From: Verrucomicrobiota bacterium
GTDB taxonomy: Bacteria > Verrucomicrobiota > Verrucomicrobiia > JABWAM01
NCBI GenBank assembly: GCA_013288215.1
Contig: JABDCI010000003.1
Span: 4,713 to 68,712, forward strand
Length of the DNA stretch: 64,000 bases
Reading direction: 5' to 3'
In this document: in pieces, positions 1-10,178 of the stretch
How the letters are laid out: each line of letters begins with the position of its first letter
How positions within the stretch are numbered: the first letter of the stretch is position 1
Position numbers and translations under genes: made by a program
The notes under the pieces: generated by a model
Databases searched by the model: none
Told to the model about the DNA's origin: nothing
The model's input: only the letters and a program-made list of their open reading frames with translations

Positions 1-306
1 CGCGGGCCGCACGAGGCGGGATTTCATGGAATTTCAAGATTAAATAGAATCCCGCCCGCCCATCCATTCAAAAGTGTTCCGTTCTTTTTTATGGAACCCA
101 AAGGGGGAAGAGCTTACTTTATTTTTTTACACTTTAGGGAGTTCTATGGGTAAATCCTCGCCGCAGGCCACCTCTCACGTCAACATGAGATCCGTTGCAT
201 CCGTCCCGATCATGAACCGGTTGAAAAGTAAGGAAAAACATCCCGGACTCTCCAAGTTTTTGGATTAACGGGGGAATTTGCCAAAAAAGATCTAAACCTT
301 CTCTCT

Positions 307-1416
307 ATGATCTCCGCATTTGCCCCCGGCCGCATGGAGTTAATTGGCAACCATACAAATTACAACGAAGGCTTTGTGCTGGCGTTTGCCATCCAGTTTG
401 GCATCACCATCCATGGAGAAGCCCGCTCCGACGACACCATCGTTCTTCACAGTCCCGAGTTCGGAGAAGACAAGTTCTCGATCCAGCATATTCAAAAAAA
501 TGTGCATGCGCCTTGGTCGAATTACATGAAAGGCGTGCTCCTTGAGCTTCAGAACATGGGAGCCCCATTGGGGGGGTTCGATGCGGAAATCACTTCCACC
601 CTGCCATCTGGCGTGGGCTTAAGCTCCATCGGCGCGATCGAAGTCGCCACGATTCTCTTCGTCCAGAAACTCTTTCCCTTCACCTTCGGCAACATGGAGG
701 ATGCCTCCGTGCGGATGGGGCTTGCCCAAATGTGCCGAAAGGCGGAAAACGACTTTGTGGATATCCACTGCGGCATCCTCGATCAAGCGACCTCGCTCAT
801 GGGCCGGAAGGACCACGCTGTCTTTATCGATTGCCGGTTCGACAGCGTCGAGACCATTCCCATCCCGCCCGAGATGTGTTTCGTCGTCTGCGATACCGGA
901 GTGACACAAATGCTGCTTTCATCCAAATACAACGCGCGACGGTCGGAATGCGAAGAAGCCGTGCGGTTGCTCCAGCTCAACGGACAGGAAATCAAGGCGC
1001 TGCGAGATATCACTCCGAAAAAACTGCAGGAAAAATCGGGATTATTTTCACCGCGCGTGTTTCAGCGTGGAATGCACATCGCCAGTGAAAACGAGCGCGT
1101 GCTCCAAGCGCGTGAAGCCCTCTTGCAGCACGACGTGGAAAAATTGGGCCAACTCATGTATGAATCGCACGAAAGCTCGTGTCATGCCTTTGAAAACAGC
1201 ACTTCTTACCTCGACATGCTGGTCAACATCGCCAAGACGCTGCCCGCGTGCGTGGGCTCACGCCTCACGGGTGGTGGCTTCGGAGGCGCCACGCTCAGCA
1301 TGGTGCGACGCGAATGCGCCGAAGGCTTTGTCAACGAGCTCACGAGCCTTTATCGCGCCCAGAGCAGCAAAGAGCCAAAAGCCTACATTCTCGACGCAGC
1401 CGACGGCGCTGCTTAA
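307..1416 (+). CDS. galK: Galactokinase (GHMP kinase family)
   Basis: 369-aa ORF. N-terminal GRMELIGNHTNYNEGFVLAFAI matches the galactokinase signature (GR.NLIGEHTDYN.G.V.P). Also has the GHMP loop PSGVGLSSIGA and the C-terminal LTGGGFGG motif. Confidence 0.9.
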   Translation: MISAFAPGRMELIGNHTNYNEGFVLAFAIQFGITIHGEARSDDTIVLHSPEFGEDKFSIQHIQKNVHAPWSNYMKGVLLELQNMGAPLGGFDAEITSTLPSGVGLSSIGAIEVATILFVQKLFPFTFGNMEDASVRMGLAQMCRKAENDFVDIHCGILDQATSLMGRKDHAVFIDCRFDSVETIPIPPEMCFVVCDTGVTQMLLSSKYNARRSECEEAVRLLQLNGQEIKALRDITPKKLQEKSGLFSPRVFQRGMHIASENERVLQAREALLQHDVEKLGQLMYESHESSCHAFENSTSYLDMLVNIAKTLPACVGSRLTGGGFGGATLSMVRRECAEGFVNELTSLYRAQSSKEPKAYILDAADGAA

Positions 1417-1419
1417 ACT

Positions 1420-2136
1420 CTAGCTCCTGAGCACTCCCATTTCCTTCAAACTCACATATCCTTGGGGATTCGTCGCCGATGGACGGCCCATCACAATGTG
1501 ATCCAAGAGTTCGATTCCTACAATTTCCCCCGCTTTGCACATATCTTTTGTCGCTCGAATATCGTCGTCGCTGGGACGCGGATCTCCGCTGGGATGGTTG
1601 TGCACAAGGATCAGATACGCGGCCGAAGACCCGATGGCTTCACGAAATGCTTCACGTGGATGGACAAGCGTCTGATTGAGAAGCCCTCGGGAAATCACAT
1701 AAGGGCGGATCAGCTTCAATTTGGAATCGAGCGCCAACCCGTAGAGTACTTCGACAGCGAGAAAACGCACGCGTTCGAACATCAGGTCGTAAATCAACTG
1801 CGGAGCGTTCAATGGATGGCTCTGCAGGGCAGAGCTGCTCACGCGCTGATGAATCGCGAAGGCTGCCTTCAGGGTGACTGCCTTGGTGCGGCCCATTCCC
1901 TCCACTGCCGCGATTTCCGAAACACTCCTCCGCGCCACCTCTTCAAGGCTGCCGAAAAGCCGAATCAGCGATTCTGCGAGTTGTATTGCTGACATGCCTT
2001 TTTTGCCCGTCCGAATCAGGATTGCGAGAAGTTCGGCGTCGGTCAGCGAAGCAGCGCCAAGACGCTCAAGGCGCTCGCGGGGACGGTCGTGCTCGGGGAT
2101 TTCACGAATCAGACTGGAGGATAAGCGCGAGTTCAT
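1420..2136 (-). CDS. radC: RadC-family JAB/MPN domain protein
   Basis: 238-aa ORF with a helix-hairpin-helix-like N-terminus (LTDAELLAILIRTG) and the JAMM motif LVHNHPSGDPRPSDDD. Its start overlaps the stop of the upstream amidase gene by 4 nt. Confidence 0.85.
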   Translation of the reverse strand: MNSRLSSSLIREIPEHDRPRERLERLGAASLTDAELLAILIRTGKKGMSAIQLAESLIRLFGSLEEVARRSVSEIAAVEGMGRTKAVTLKAAFAIHQRVSSSALQSHPLNAPQLIYDLMFERVRFLAVEVLYGLALDSKLKLIRPYVISRGLLNQTLVHPREAFREAIGSSAAYLILVHNHPSGDPRPSDDDIRATKDMCKAGEIVGIELLDHIVMGRPSATNPQGYVSLKEMGVLRS

Positions 2137-2786
2137 GGAATGGACATTATTTGAACCGCAGCTGGCGCCCCATTGGTATCATGACTGAGCTGCGCCTGAT
2201 AAAGGTCGTTCAGCTTTGCCCAAAATCCTGTCCACGGAAACAACACGCCAGGACAATCCGTATCCTCACCGTAAAACTGTCCATGGCCATGGATGTTGTC
2301 ATCAGGAATATGAAACTTCTCCTGCAATTTCAAAATCAATGCAGAAAGTGATTTCATTTGCTCCTGAGTCGGCGTCTTGCGCTTAAAATTTCCGACCAGG
2401 CAAATTCCGATTCCATATTCATTGAGGAAATCCTGATGGCAATGCCCACCCTGAAGTTGATATTTCCACCGATGACCCTCCACGATCTGGCCGTCCTTGA
2501 GACCCGCACTTCCATTGCCAATCAAAAAATGATACGCCATCCCGTTTTCCATGCCGCGGCGGAGATGATCGGTTTGAATCATGTCCTCGTTGCCCACCAT
2601 GGCTCCACTATGGTGAATGACAATATAGCGCCATTCGCGCATGTGCGTGGGAAGCGGAACCGGCACAGGTTCCCGATAACTGATCCGGGGCGGATGGCGC
2701 GAAAACAAGGGTCCGGCACCCCAGCCCGCGAAAAAGAAACAGGCGGCCAGGAAAATCCAAGAGGTACGGCGGGCAACACTTCTCAT
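2133..2786 (-). CDS. N-acetylmuramoyl-L-alanine amidase (Amidase_2/PGRP-like), secreted
   Basis: 217 aa with an N-terminal hydrophobic signal (WIFLAACFFFAGWGA). Amidase_2-type pattern: IVIHHSG, AYHFLIGNG, GIGICLVGNF, HGHGQF..CPG. Confidence 0.75.
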   Translation of the reverse strand: MRSVARRTSWIFLAACFFFAGWGAGPLFSRHPPRISYREPVPVPLPTHMREWRYIVIHHSGAMVGNEDMIQTDHLRRGMENGMAYHFLIGNGSAGLKDGQIVEGHRWKYQLQGGHCHQDFLNEYGIGICLVGNFKRKTPTQEQMKSLSALILKLQEKFHIPDDNIHGHGQFYGEDTDCPGVLFPWTGFWAKLNDLYQAQLSHDTNGAPAAVQIMSIP

Positions 2787-2878
2787 GCGCTAAGAGATTC
2801 CTGAAAAATTGGCAACGGTCGTTGAGTGAAGACCAGATTCCTTGTTTTTCAAAAAAAAACAATCTGCAATTTCAATCT

Positions 2879-3811
2879 TTACGACTCCCTGGTCATTTCC
2901 TGGCGAATCCTTGCAGCAATGTGCTCCGTGGTTTCGCCAGATTCCAGGTCCAGCCATCGCAAATTCGGTTCCTTGCGAAACCATGTGAGCTGCCGTTTCA
3001 CAAAGTTTCGCGTCTTCTGCTGAATCAGCGCGATCGTCTCCTTCTTTCCTGCCCGCCCTTTCACGTGCATGATCACCTCGCGATAGCCAATGGCTTTGGC
3101 TGCCGTAGGCGCATCTTCCAATCCTCGCTCCATCAGCGTGCGAACCTCGTCGATCCAACCGCTTCGAAACATTTTCTCCACGCGAAGGTCGCTGCGCTGG
3201 TAAAGCTCCTGGCGAGGACGATGAAGATAAAATAAATTTTTAAAAGCATTCTTTACGGCATCTTTTCCCCATTGCCGCTGACGCGATGATATCGGCGTTC
3301 CCGTCGCGGCGTAAAACTCCAGTGCGCGCACCATGCGGCGGCGATCCTTCGGATCAATCTTTGCTGCGGCATCGGGATCCGCAAGGAGCAAATGCTGACG
3401 CAAATCGGAGCTTTCCAATTGCTCCCACCCTTCCCTCGCGACTGCGTCGCGCCCCGGCCCTTCGAGCAGGCCCTGGGTAAGCGCGCGCACGTACATGCCA
3501 CTCCCGCCCGTGACAATGGCACAGCGTCCACGCGCCTGAATGTCGCGAATTGCAGCAAACGCCAACTCGCGAAAGCGGCCGACATCACACATGTCACTGA
3601 TCTCCATGATATCGATGAGATGGTGAGGCACGCGGGAGCGCTCCTCGGGAGAAGGTTTGGCTGTGCCGATATCCATGCCCCGATAAATCTGCATCGAGTC
3701 GGCTGAAACGATTTCGCCACCAAGCTCCCCGGCAAGCGTAAGCGCCACCTCGGTTTTGCCAACCGCCGTCGGACCCAGCACAAACAAAAGGGGTGGATTG
3801 TCCTCAATCAT
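2879..3811 (-). CDS. miaA: tRNA dimethylallyltransferase
   Basis: P-loop LGPTAVGKTEVAL followed by SADSMQIYRGMDIGTAKP and HHLIDI. The ORF is open to 3883, but the ATG at 3811 (MIEDNPPLLFVLGPT) gives the usual N-terminus. Confidence 0.9.
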   Translation of the reverse strand: MIEDNPPLLFVLGPTAVGKTEVALTLAGELGGEIVSADSMQIYRGMDIGTAKPSPEERSRVPHHLIDIMEISDMCDVGRFRELAFAAIRDIQARGRCAIVTGGSGMYVRALTQGLLEGPGRDAVAREGWEQLESSDLRQHLLLADPDAAAKIDPKDRRRMVRALEFYAATGTPISSRQRQWGKDAVKNAFKNLFYLHRPRQELYQRSDLRVEKMFRSGWIDEVRTLMERGLEDAPTAAKAIGYREVIMHVKGRAGKKETIALIQQKTRNFVKRQLTWFRKEPNLRWLDLESGETTEHIAARIRQEMTRES

Positions 3812-3940
3812 AGGAAGGGCTCCATCATGCCGGCGATCACGCCGGGCTGCAACTGCCAGGACGTCCTCACTCGACAAAAGCAACGCCTCGCTCTTGTTAG
3901 TCTGCGAGTCATACGGAGACGAAGGCTTTCACGACCCGCG

Positions 3941-6403
3941 TCAGCCCAAAACGGTCAGCGTCCCGCTCGTCACGCCAAGTTGTTTGACCACGTTCATGCG
4001 GCGCAATGTCTCCGACGCGTCGGCCGCATTGCCGGCAAGCACCATCCGGTAGGCCTCGATGATCTGTCGTGCGCGATCGCCTTCTTCGTTCAGAAATTCC
4101 AGTCGAAACAGAGCGGCGCCAGCCTCCCTGAACGCGCCCATAAAGTCCGCTCCACTCTGCGCCTTTCCGTGGTAAACCGTATTGCGGCAGCCGACGTCCG
4201 CTTTCACAAGATGCTTCATTCCGACGCGATCGCGCAACTCCATCTGGTGGTGATCGCAGGGACGTCCGCAATTGGTATGATCCGTTCCATTCGAAAGAAA
4301 AGCGGCGAAGACGCAATGCTCCATATGAAACATGGGCATATGCTGATGAAGGGTGATCTCAAACCAGCCCGGGGGCGCGGCCCTCAATAAATCGATCACC
4401 TGCTGTGCGTTCAAATCGTATGAAATCGTCAGCCGGTCCAAACCCTCGCCCATCAGGAGCTGCGCGGCAAGCGGGTTGGCCACATTCAACGAAAAATCGC
4501 CGACTTTTTTCAGTTTGCAGTCGTGAAAATAGTGCAGCGCTCCGAGATTTCGAATCAGCACGCCATCGGGATTGGCGCCTTCGATTAATTTGAAAAATCC
4601 TTGTTCACCGGCCTTCTGAATGCGGGGAGTCGCCAGCAAAATCTGGGCGTCGCCATGGGAGCGCACGAGCCGCACGGCGGCGTGATAACGCCGGATATCC
4701 TCGAAATCAACATAGACGGTGGAAATGCCGCTTCCGAGCGCGATCTCGATTTGTTCGAGCGTCCGACAGAGAACGAACAGCTCCGCTTTCCCACTCATCG
4801 GAAATCGATCGCGCTCTTGACGGAGCGACTCCAGCATGGGGGCAAGAACCCGGGCCCGCGAGGGGGACGTTTTGGGCTTATCGTCCTTTGCGATTTGATC
4901 TTCAATCTGTTGACTCAATTCTCTCCGCAATCGATTGAGTTCGCTCATTGGGAGAATGACCCGCCCTTCCACGACATTCACCAAGGATCCGAGTTGAAGG
5001 GAGGTTTCCCCCAACCTGCCTAATTGCTCTTTGAGCACTTCATCGGTCAAGGGACGGTTTCGAGCCACCTGAAGCACCATGGCGGATTCGGCGCGGGCAG
5101 CAATCTCCGAAGCCCCCGTCACATGCGCTTCAATGACCAAAAGTTCTCCCGCACGTCCCTTCACAAGCAGATCGAGAACCCGCTTCGGAGCAGGAATCTC
5201 CCTCTCGAACGTCCTGCGCAAATGTTTCTCAAGATAGGGATCACTGGTTTTCCAGACGCGATCTCCCGATTTGATTTTTAAGAAATCAATATGGCCGTGC
5301 TTGAAATAAAAGCTTTGGTCCCTGATTTCATAAACTCGTCCCCCCTGCTCACGATCCGTGTCGCCGCCCGTATCGAAGACAAGCCCATCGCCAGGTTTCA
5401 TCGGAATTTTTGAATCCAGCTTCACATGATCGGACGCCACGCTCACGACGTAACCCACAAACGCTCCGCGTTTTTTTCCAAATCGGGCGTGAACAAGTTC
5501 CTGGTGATTCACGCCATGAAGCCAGCCCGGATAAAGTCCGCGCGAAAATGCCATTTCCAACATATACCGGTCTTCACCCGTCAACGCGTTCTTTCCACCA
5601 TCGGCTGCAAGGACAGCGTCGATCGCCTTCCGGTATACCTGCGTCGTGGCTGCGACGTATTCTGGAGTCTTAAGCCGTCCCTCGATTTTAAAACCCGTGA
5701 CGCCCGCACGAATGAGATCGGGAATCTCTTGAACCGCTGCGAGATCCTGCGGTGAAAGGAGATAGCGCCGATCCCCAAGATCCTTCACCACACCATCCAC
5801 GATCAAATCGTAGGGAAGACGGCATGCCTGGGCGCACTCACCCCGATTGGCGCTGCGCTGCCCCAGCGCTTCGCTCGTAAGACATTGTCCGGAATACGCG
5901 ACGCAGAGGGCGCCATGGACGAAAGTTTCAAGGGAAACGGCAACGTCCCGAAATTTCACCAGCTCGCGCAACGACGTCTCGCGCGCCAGGACCACCCGCT
6001 GGATTCCGAGCCGCTGCGCGAACCGTGCGCCTTCCGGTGAGGTGATCGTCATCTGGGTCGATGCGTGCACCGCCATGCGCACACCCAGTTCGCTCGCGAG
6101 CCTTGCAAGTCCGAGATCCTGGACGATGACCACATCCACTCCGCTGGCATCCAATTCGATCAATTGCTTTTCGGCATCATGCAATTCGTCGGAAAAGATG
6201 AGGACATTGAAGGCACAAAATGCCCGCACGTGATGTTCATGAAGAAAACGAACAAGTTCAGGAAGTTCCTCCGAAGTAAAATTGGTCGCGCGCATCCGGG
6301 CGTTGAAGCGTGGAAGACCGAAATAGACGGCGTCTGCGCCGTTGGCAACAGCGGCTCGAGCGCATTCCATATTGCCTGCAGGGGCGATCAATTCCGGTTT
6401 CAT
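3941..6403 (-). CDS. U32-family peptidase-like protein, long form (about 820 aa)
   Basis: N-terminus MKPELIAPAGNMECARAAVANGADAVYFGL is typical of U32/YegQ/YdcP-type proteins. A second U32-like repeat and a long C-terminal extension follow. The ORF is open to 6514, but the ATG at 6403 fits the family N-terminus. Confidence 0.8.
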   Translation of the reverse strand: MKPELIAPAGNMECARAAVANGADAVYFGLPRFNARMRATNFTSEELPELVRFLHEHHVRAFCAFNVLIFSDELHDAEKQLIELDASGVDVVIVQDLGLARLASELGVRMAVHASTQMTITSPEGARFAQRLGIQRVVLARETSLRELVKFRDVAVSLETFVHGALCVAYSGQCLTSEALGQRSANRGECAQACRLPYDLIVDGVVKDLGDRRYLLSPQDLAAVQEIPDLIRAGVTGFKIEGRLKTPEYVAATTQVYRKAIDAVLAADGGKNALTGEDRYMLEMAFSRGLYPGWLHGVNHQELVHARFGKKRGAFVGYVVSVASDHVKLDSKIPMKPGDGLVFDTGGDTDREQGGRVYEIRDQSFYFKHGHIDFLKIKSGDRVWKTSDPYLEKHLRRTFEREIPAPKRVLDLLVKGRAGELLVIEAHVTGASEIAARAESAMVLQVARNRPLTDEVLKEQLGRLGETSLQLGSLVNVVEGRVILPMSELNRLRRELSQQIEDQIAKDDKPKTSPSRARVLAPMLESLRQERDRFPMSGKAELFVLCRTLEQIEIALGSGISTVYVDFEDIRRYHAAVRLVRSHGDAQILLATPRIQKAGEQGFFKLIEGANPDGVLIRNLGALHYFHDCKLKKVGDFSLNVANPLAAQLLMGEGLDRLTISYDLNAQQVIDLLRAAPPGWFEITLHQHMPMFHMEHCVFAAFLSNGTDHTNCGRPCDHHQMELRDRVGMKHLVKADVGCRNTVYHGKAQSGADFMGAFREAGAALFRLEFLNEEGDRARQIIEAYRMVLAGNAADASETLRRMNVVKQLGVTSGTLTVLG

Positions 6404-6495
6404 GAAGGGCCATCCTAACAGGTTGCTTGAGAACATGCACCTTCGCGCCTGGGAATTTGGTCGTAAACCAGGCAGCGGGCAGTCACGATACCGAA

Positions 6496-8199
6496 ATGCC
6501 CTCCTCCCCTGCACGTCCAGTCAGCGCGAGATGTCGCAAGATTGCGAGAGCCTTCCTTTTGTGCGCGACGGCGATCTTCCTTCATCAGGGTTGTCGAAAT
6601 ATGGAAGTTCGAAAACCTGCTCCGTCCGCCGAGAGGGTGGTGATCCAAGACGGCCATTTTTTCCTCAATGGAGAACGCTTCATCGTCCGCGGTGTGGGTT
6701 ACGAACCCGGCGCGCGGCCCGGCCAATATCCATGGCTTCGGAAGTTCGAGCCGGAAGTCCTTCATTTCGATCTCGAACGCATTCAAAACGCCGGCTTCAA
6801 CACACTCCGCTGTTGGAGTGGCTATACGGACGAGGAATTGACTGTGATGGAGGAAGCCGGGTTATGGGTCATCCAGGGAATTTGGGTTCCGCAGGATGGG
6901 CAATTCGATAATCCCGCTTTCATCCGCGATGCGCTCAAGCACGTCGAAGAAGTGGTTCGCGTGAGCAGAAAACATAAAAATATTCTCATGTATGTGGTCA
7001 TGAATGAACCTCTTGCGGAGAACATCCTGCGTTCCGGCGAGGAAAATTTCGTTCAATTGCTCCACACACTTCAAGATCGCATCCATACGCTGGATCCCGG
7101 CGTTCCTGTCACGTTCGCAAACACCATCACCGGCGACTTTATCGACATCTCGTCGCTGGATGTGGCAGCGTTCAATCTTTACATCTACTCCACCTCGACC
7201 ATCCAGAGCGTGCTCGGCTATCGCGGATACGTCGAATGGCTCAAAAAAGAACGAGCGCCCCATCAACCGCTTGTGATCACAGAATTTGGCCTCTCCGTTT
7301 CTCACTCCGGTGAGGGAGCGATGGGTTATGGTGGAAACTCGCTCAAAGAACAGGCTGAAGGCGACCTCTGGATGCTCGACAGCCTTTTGCAGGGAGGGGC
7401 GGATGGAAGCTGTGCGTTCCAATATGCGGATGGATGGTGGAAAGGTGGAAAAACACCCAACAGCGCCGATACCCACGACGACGAGCCTGAGGAATGGTTT
7501 GGCTTGATCGGTATTGACTCAAAAGAGCACCCCGAAGGCTCCCCCCGCCCCGCTTACTACGCTTTTCAAAAAGAGAATGCCGCTCTTTGGATCCAGCCCG
7601 TTTCCTGGAAGGAATATCCCGACATCCTTCCCCTGGAAGTCTACGCCACGGATGACATCACCGCAGTGGAAGCTCAAACGGAGTCCGGGCAGATCGTTCA
7701 TCTGAAACAAGACAAAAGCTGGTGGCGCGGGATGATTCCTGCGGATTCGTTGAAGCCCTTAGAAAAGATTCAGCTTTCCGTCCAATCGAAAAAATTTGGC
7801 GAAATAAAAAAGGAACGCAGCATCGTCACGCGCTGGCATGAGCTGCCGGAAGAACTTCAACCCCTTGAATTCACCCTGGAAGATTTCTCACCCGTGCCCA
7901 TGAAGGATTCGGTCCGGGTGATACGAGTCACTTCACGCGACGGCATGCCGATCGCCAATCGCAGCTTCACAGTCGGTGTGCATGTTCATCATGGTTGGGA
8001 CCACGGCGAGGCCAGGAAAGTCGTCTCCGATCCTTTGGGCCGGGTCGAGGTGAAGCTTGGGCCCTTTGCGCAAGCCGGTATTCTCACACTTTCCATCAGC
8101 ACGGGATCCACTCCCCTCAAAGACGAGCCCGTATGGGGAAATGCCTTTGTGTTGCATTGCAACAATGGGCCTGCCGCATCCGTCACACCACCTCCCTAG
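6496..8199 (+). CDS. Secreted glycoside hydrolase, clan GH-A (TIM-barrel) type; family not assignable by eye
   Basis: Signal/lipobox-like N-terminus (AFLLCATAIFLHQGC). The catalytic-type motifs VVMNEPL (acid/base NEP) and LVITEFGLS (nucleophile E) have the spacing typical of GH2/GH5-like barrels. The ORF is open from 6427. Confidence 0.55.
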   Translation: MPSSPARPVSARCRKIARAFLLCATAIFLHQGCRNMEVRKPAPSAERVVIQDGHFFLNGERFIVRGVGYEPGARPGQYPWLRKFEPEVLHFDLERIQNAGFNTLRCWSGYTDEELTVMEEAGLWVIQGIWVPQDGQFDNPAFIRDALKHVEEVVRVSRKHKNILMYVVMNEPLAENILRSGEENFVQLLHTLQDRIHTLDPGVPVTFANTITGDFIDISSLDVAAFNLYIYSTSTIQSVLGYRGYVEWLKKERAPHQPLVITEFGLSVSHSGEGAMGYGGNSLKEQAEGDLWMLDSLLQGGADGSCAFQYADGWWKGGKTPNSADTHDDEPEEWFGLIGIDSKEHPEGSPRPAYYAFQKENAALWIQPVSWKEYPDILPLEVYATDDITAVEAQTESGQIVHLKQDKSWWRGMIPADSLKPLEKIQLSVQSKKFGEIKKERSIVTRWHELPEELQPLEFTLEDFSPVPMKDSVRVIRVTSRDGMPIANRSFTVGVHVHHGWDHGEARKVVSDPLGRVEVKLGPFAQAGILTLSISTGSTPLKDEPVWGNAFVLHCNNGPAASVTPPP

Positions 8200-8335
8200 C
8201 CAGCATCATCATGGAAACGCGCCATTGTTTCCTGCCCATAAAATAAGGGCAAAAATCGCAGACTTTGGCATTTCATGTCGCTCCAAATGTCAATTTACAA
8301 AGCCGAAGACCCATGCTTTACTGAGACTCAGTCTC

Positions 8336-9289
8336 ATGAAACCCTCAACTCTCCCAACCGAAGAAGCCTCCGCCTGGTCTTCCATCAAGGGAAAGTGGCT
8401 CCAAATTTACGGTAGCTTTCCGGGAAAAGGCCTCAGCATCGAATGGCATGACTTTTCCAACGAAACCACCCTGGATTGGGGGCAGAGCTTTCATGATCGC
8501 AGCCTTGAAATTTGCCTTAATTTCTCCGGTGAAGGTTTCTTGAAACAAGGCAAAACACATCGCTCCCTGGAGCCACAACAGGTGGCCGTTTACACCACAA
8601 CGAAGTCCCGCCTCAAAGCGATTCGCAACAGCGGACATTTCCATCGATTTATCACCCTCGAGCTTTCTCCCGAATATTTATTGGGCCAGTTTGCCAGCAC
8701 CATGGATGGACTTCGTCATGAGTTAGGCCAATTTATTGAAAATCCCGAAAAAGCGCGGCCTTTTCTGGAGGTTCAGCCCATGCGATCCCCCTTGTTGTCG
8801 GTTCGGCAGCAGCTTTTAGAACCAGGAATCCATGCGAGCGCCCGGGACATCTGGTATCAGAGCAAAGTTTTGGAGATCTTGGCTCAACTTTTGTTCAAGG
8901 CGGACAAACCCAGCGAACTCTTTTGCCAAAGGCACAAACGGGTCACAAAGGAACGGGTGGAACGGGCAACCCATCTCTTGCAAAGAGATCTGACCAACCC
9001 ACCCTCTCTTGACATGCTGGCGCAGGAAGTAGGATGCAGCCCGTTTCATTTAAGCCGAATCTTTTCACAACAAACAGGAATGAGCATTCCGCGCTATCTG
9101 CGAATGATCCGAATCGAAAAAGCCGCCGAACTCCTGCGTGCCGGCGCTTATAACGTCACTCATGCAGCTTTTGAAGTGGGTTATACCAGCTTAAGCGCCT
9201 TCAATCAGGCATTTGTTGAAATCATGGGCTGTTGTCCGGGGCTTTATCCACACGCCAAGAATTTATTTAAAACTAAGCTGCCAGGGTGA
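8336..9289 (+). CDS. AraC-family transcriptional regulator
   Basis: The C-terminal 100 aa form a double HTH (LDMLAQEVGCSPFHLSRIFSQQTGMSIPRYLRMIRIEKAAELL...FEVGYTSLSAFNQAF). The ORF is open from 8057, but that part overlaps the upstream glycosidase; the ATG at 8336 was chosen. Confidence 0.8.
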   Translation: MKPSTLPTEEASAWSSIKGKWLQIYGSFPGKGLSIEWHDFSNETTLDWGQSFHDRSLEICLNFSGEGFLKQGKTHRSLEPQQVAVYTTTKSRLKAIRNSGHFHRFITLELSPEYLLGQFASTMDGLRHELGQFIENPEKARPFLEVQPMRSPLLSVRQQLLEPGIHASARDIWYQSKVLEILAQLLFKADKPSELFCQRHKRVTKERVERATHLLQRDLTNPPSLDMLAQEVGCSPFHLSRIFSQQTGMSIPRYLRMIRIEKAAELLRAGAYNVTHAAFEVGYTSLSAFNQAFVEIMGCCPGLYPHAKNLFKTKLPG

Positions 9290-10178
9290 GCGCCGCACGC
9301 CACGATCTGCTTAAAATGACAGCGCCTTGGGTCGTGACGTAAAATGCATGGGCGCCATATCGATTGAGAATGGTTTCTGAGTCTTCTGCCACAAGCATGA
9401 CAATCTTAGTGAGAGCATCGGCCACTAGACAAGATGGAGCGCAAACTGTCGCCGATTCCATTTTTCGCACCGGCTTGCGAGTTTTCGGATGGATCATGCA
9501 AGAACGAAAACCTGCGTTTTCGGCATCCAAAAAATAGTGTGCCGAAGTGGCCAATGCCTGATTTTGAAGAGAAACTTTTGCAATCATTTGTCCAGGATGA
9601 GCAGGGTTTCGGATATGCACCTCGTGTCTTGAATTCCCAAAACCATAAAGGTCGCCTCCTGCGTTGACCATTCCCTGAAGAACGCCTCCCTGTTTGAGAG
9701 CATCCATCGCACAATCCACAGCAAATCCCTTGGCAATCCCCCCAAGATCCATCTTGATCCCTGGATCATGAAACCGCACGGCTTGATCCGGCAACAATTC
9801 GACTGCCGCAAAATGGGTTTCGTTGGGAACATCCTTCTCGTCGATGTCCCTTGGCAGCAATCCCAACCGTTGAAGGACCGGAGCAACGGTGACATCGAAA
9901 AGCCCGCCGGAGTGATGATGGAGTTCCTGCGCCGCTTGGAGAACCCGGTAAGTCCATGCATGGACTCGAACCGGGTAAAAAGCCGCTTCCCGATTCAGAC
10001 GGCTCAAATCACTGGCCGGATCGTGAAAACTCATCAATTGGCCCACCTGTCGGATGGCGGAAAACGCGGACTCGATCGCCATGTGGGCCTGCTCTCGGGA
10101 ACATCCAGAAACCGAAATTTCAACCAGCGTGCCTAGATGCGGCTGGGCGCGGCGTATTTCACTTAAGGCAGGTTTCAT
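9273..10178 (-). CDS. apbE: ApbE-family FAD:protein FMN transferase
   Basis: MDLGGIAKGFAVDCAMDAL, NAGGDLYGFG and ATSAHYF are characteristic ApbE motifs. The ORF is open to 10259; candidate starts are at 10178, 10214 and 10259. No signal peptide is visible. Confidence 0.8.
   Translation of the reverse strand: MKPALSEIRRAQPHLGTLVEISVSGCSREQAHMAIESAFSAIRQVGQLMSFHDPASDLSRLNREAAFYPVRVHAWTYRVLQAAQELHHHSGGLFDVTVAPVLQRLGLLPRDIDEKDVPNETHFAAVELLPDQAVRFHDPGIKMDLGGIAKGFAVDCAMDALKQGGVLQGMVNAGGDLYGFGNSRHEVHIRNPAHPGQMIAKVSLQNQALATSAHYFLDAENAGFRSCMIHPKTRKPVRKMESATVCAPSCLVADALTKIVMLVAEDSETILNRYGAHAFYVTTQGAVILSRSWRAALTLAA

Noticed and set aside
15-56. Inverted repeat GGCGGGATT...AATCCCGCC at the window start, possibly a terminator of an upstream gene.
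   Set aside because: The loop is 24 nt, the T-tract is distant, and the upstream gene is outside the window, so it cannot be evaluated.
74-268. 64-aa ORF upstream of galK.
   Set aside because: It has no motif, no convincing start context and an unremarkable composition. It is probably non-coding promoter or leader sequence.
8266-8281. TGGCATTTCATGTCGC upstream of the AraC gene looks sigma-54-like.
   Set aside because: The GG-to-GC spacing is 11 nt instead of the strictly required 10, and the -12 element is TCGC.
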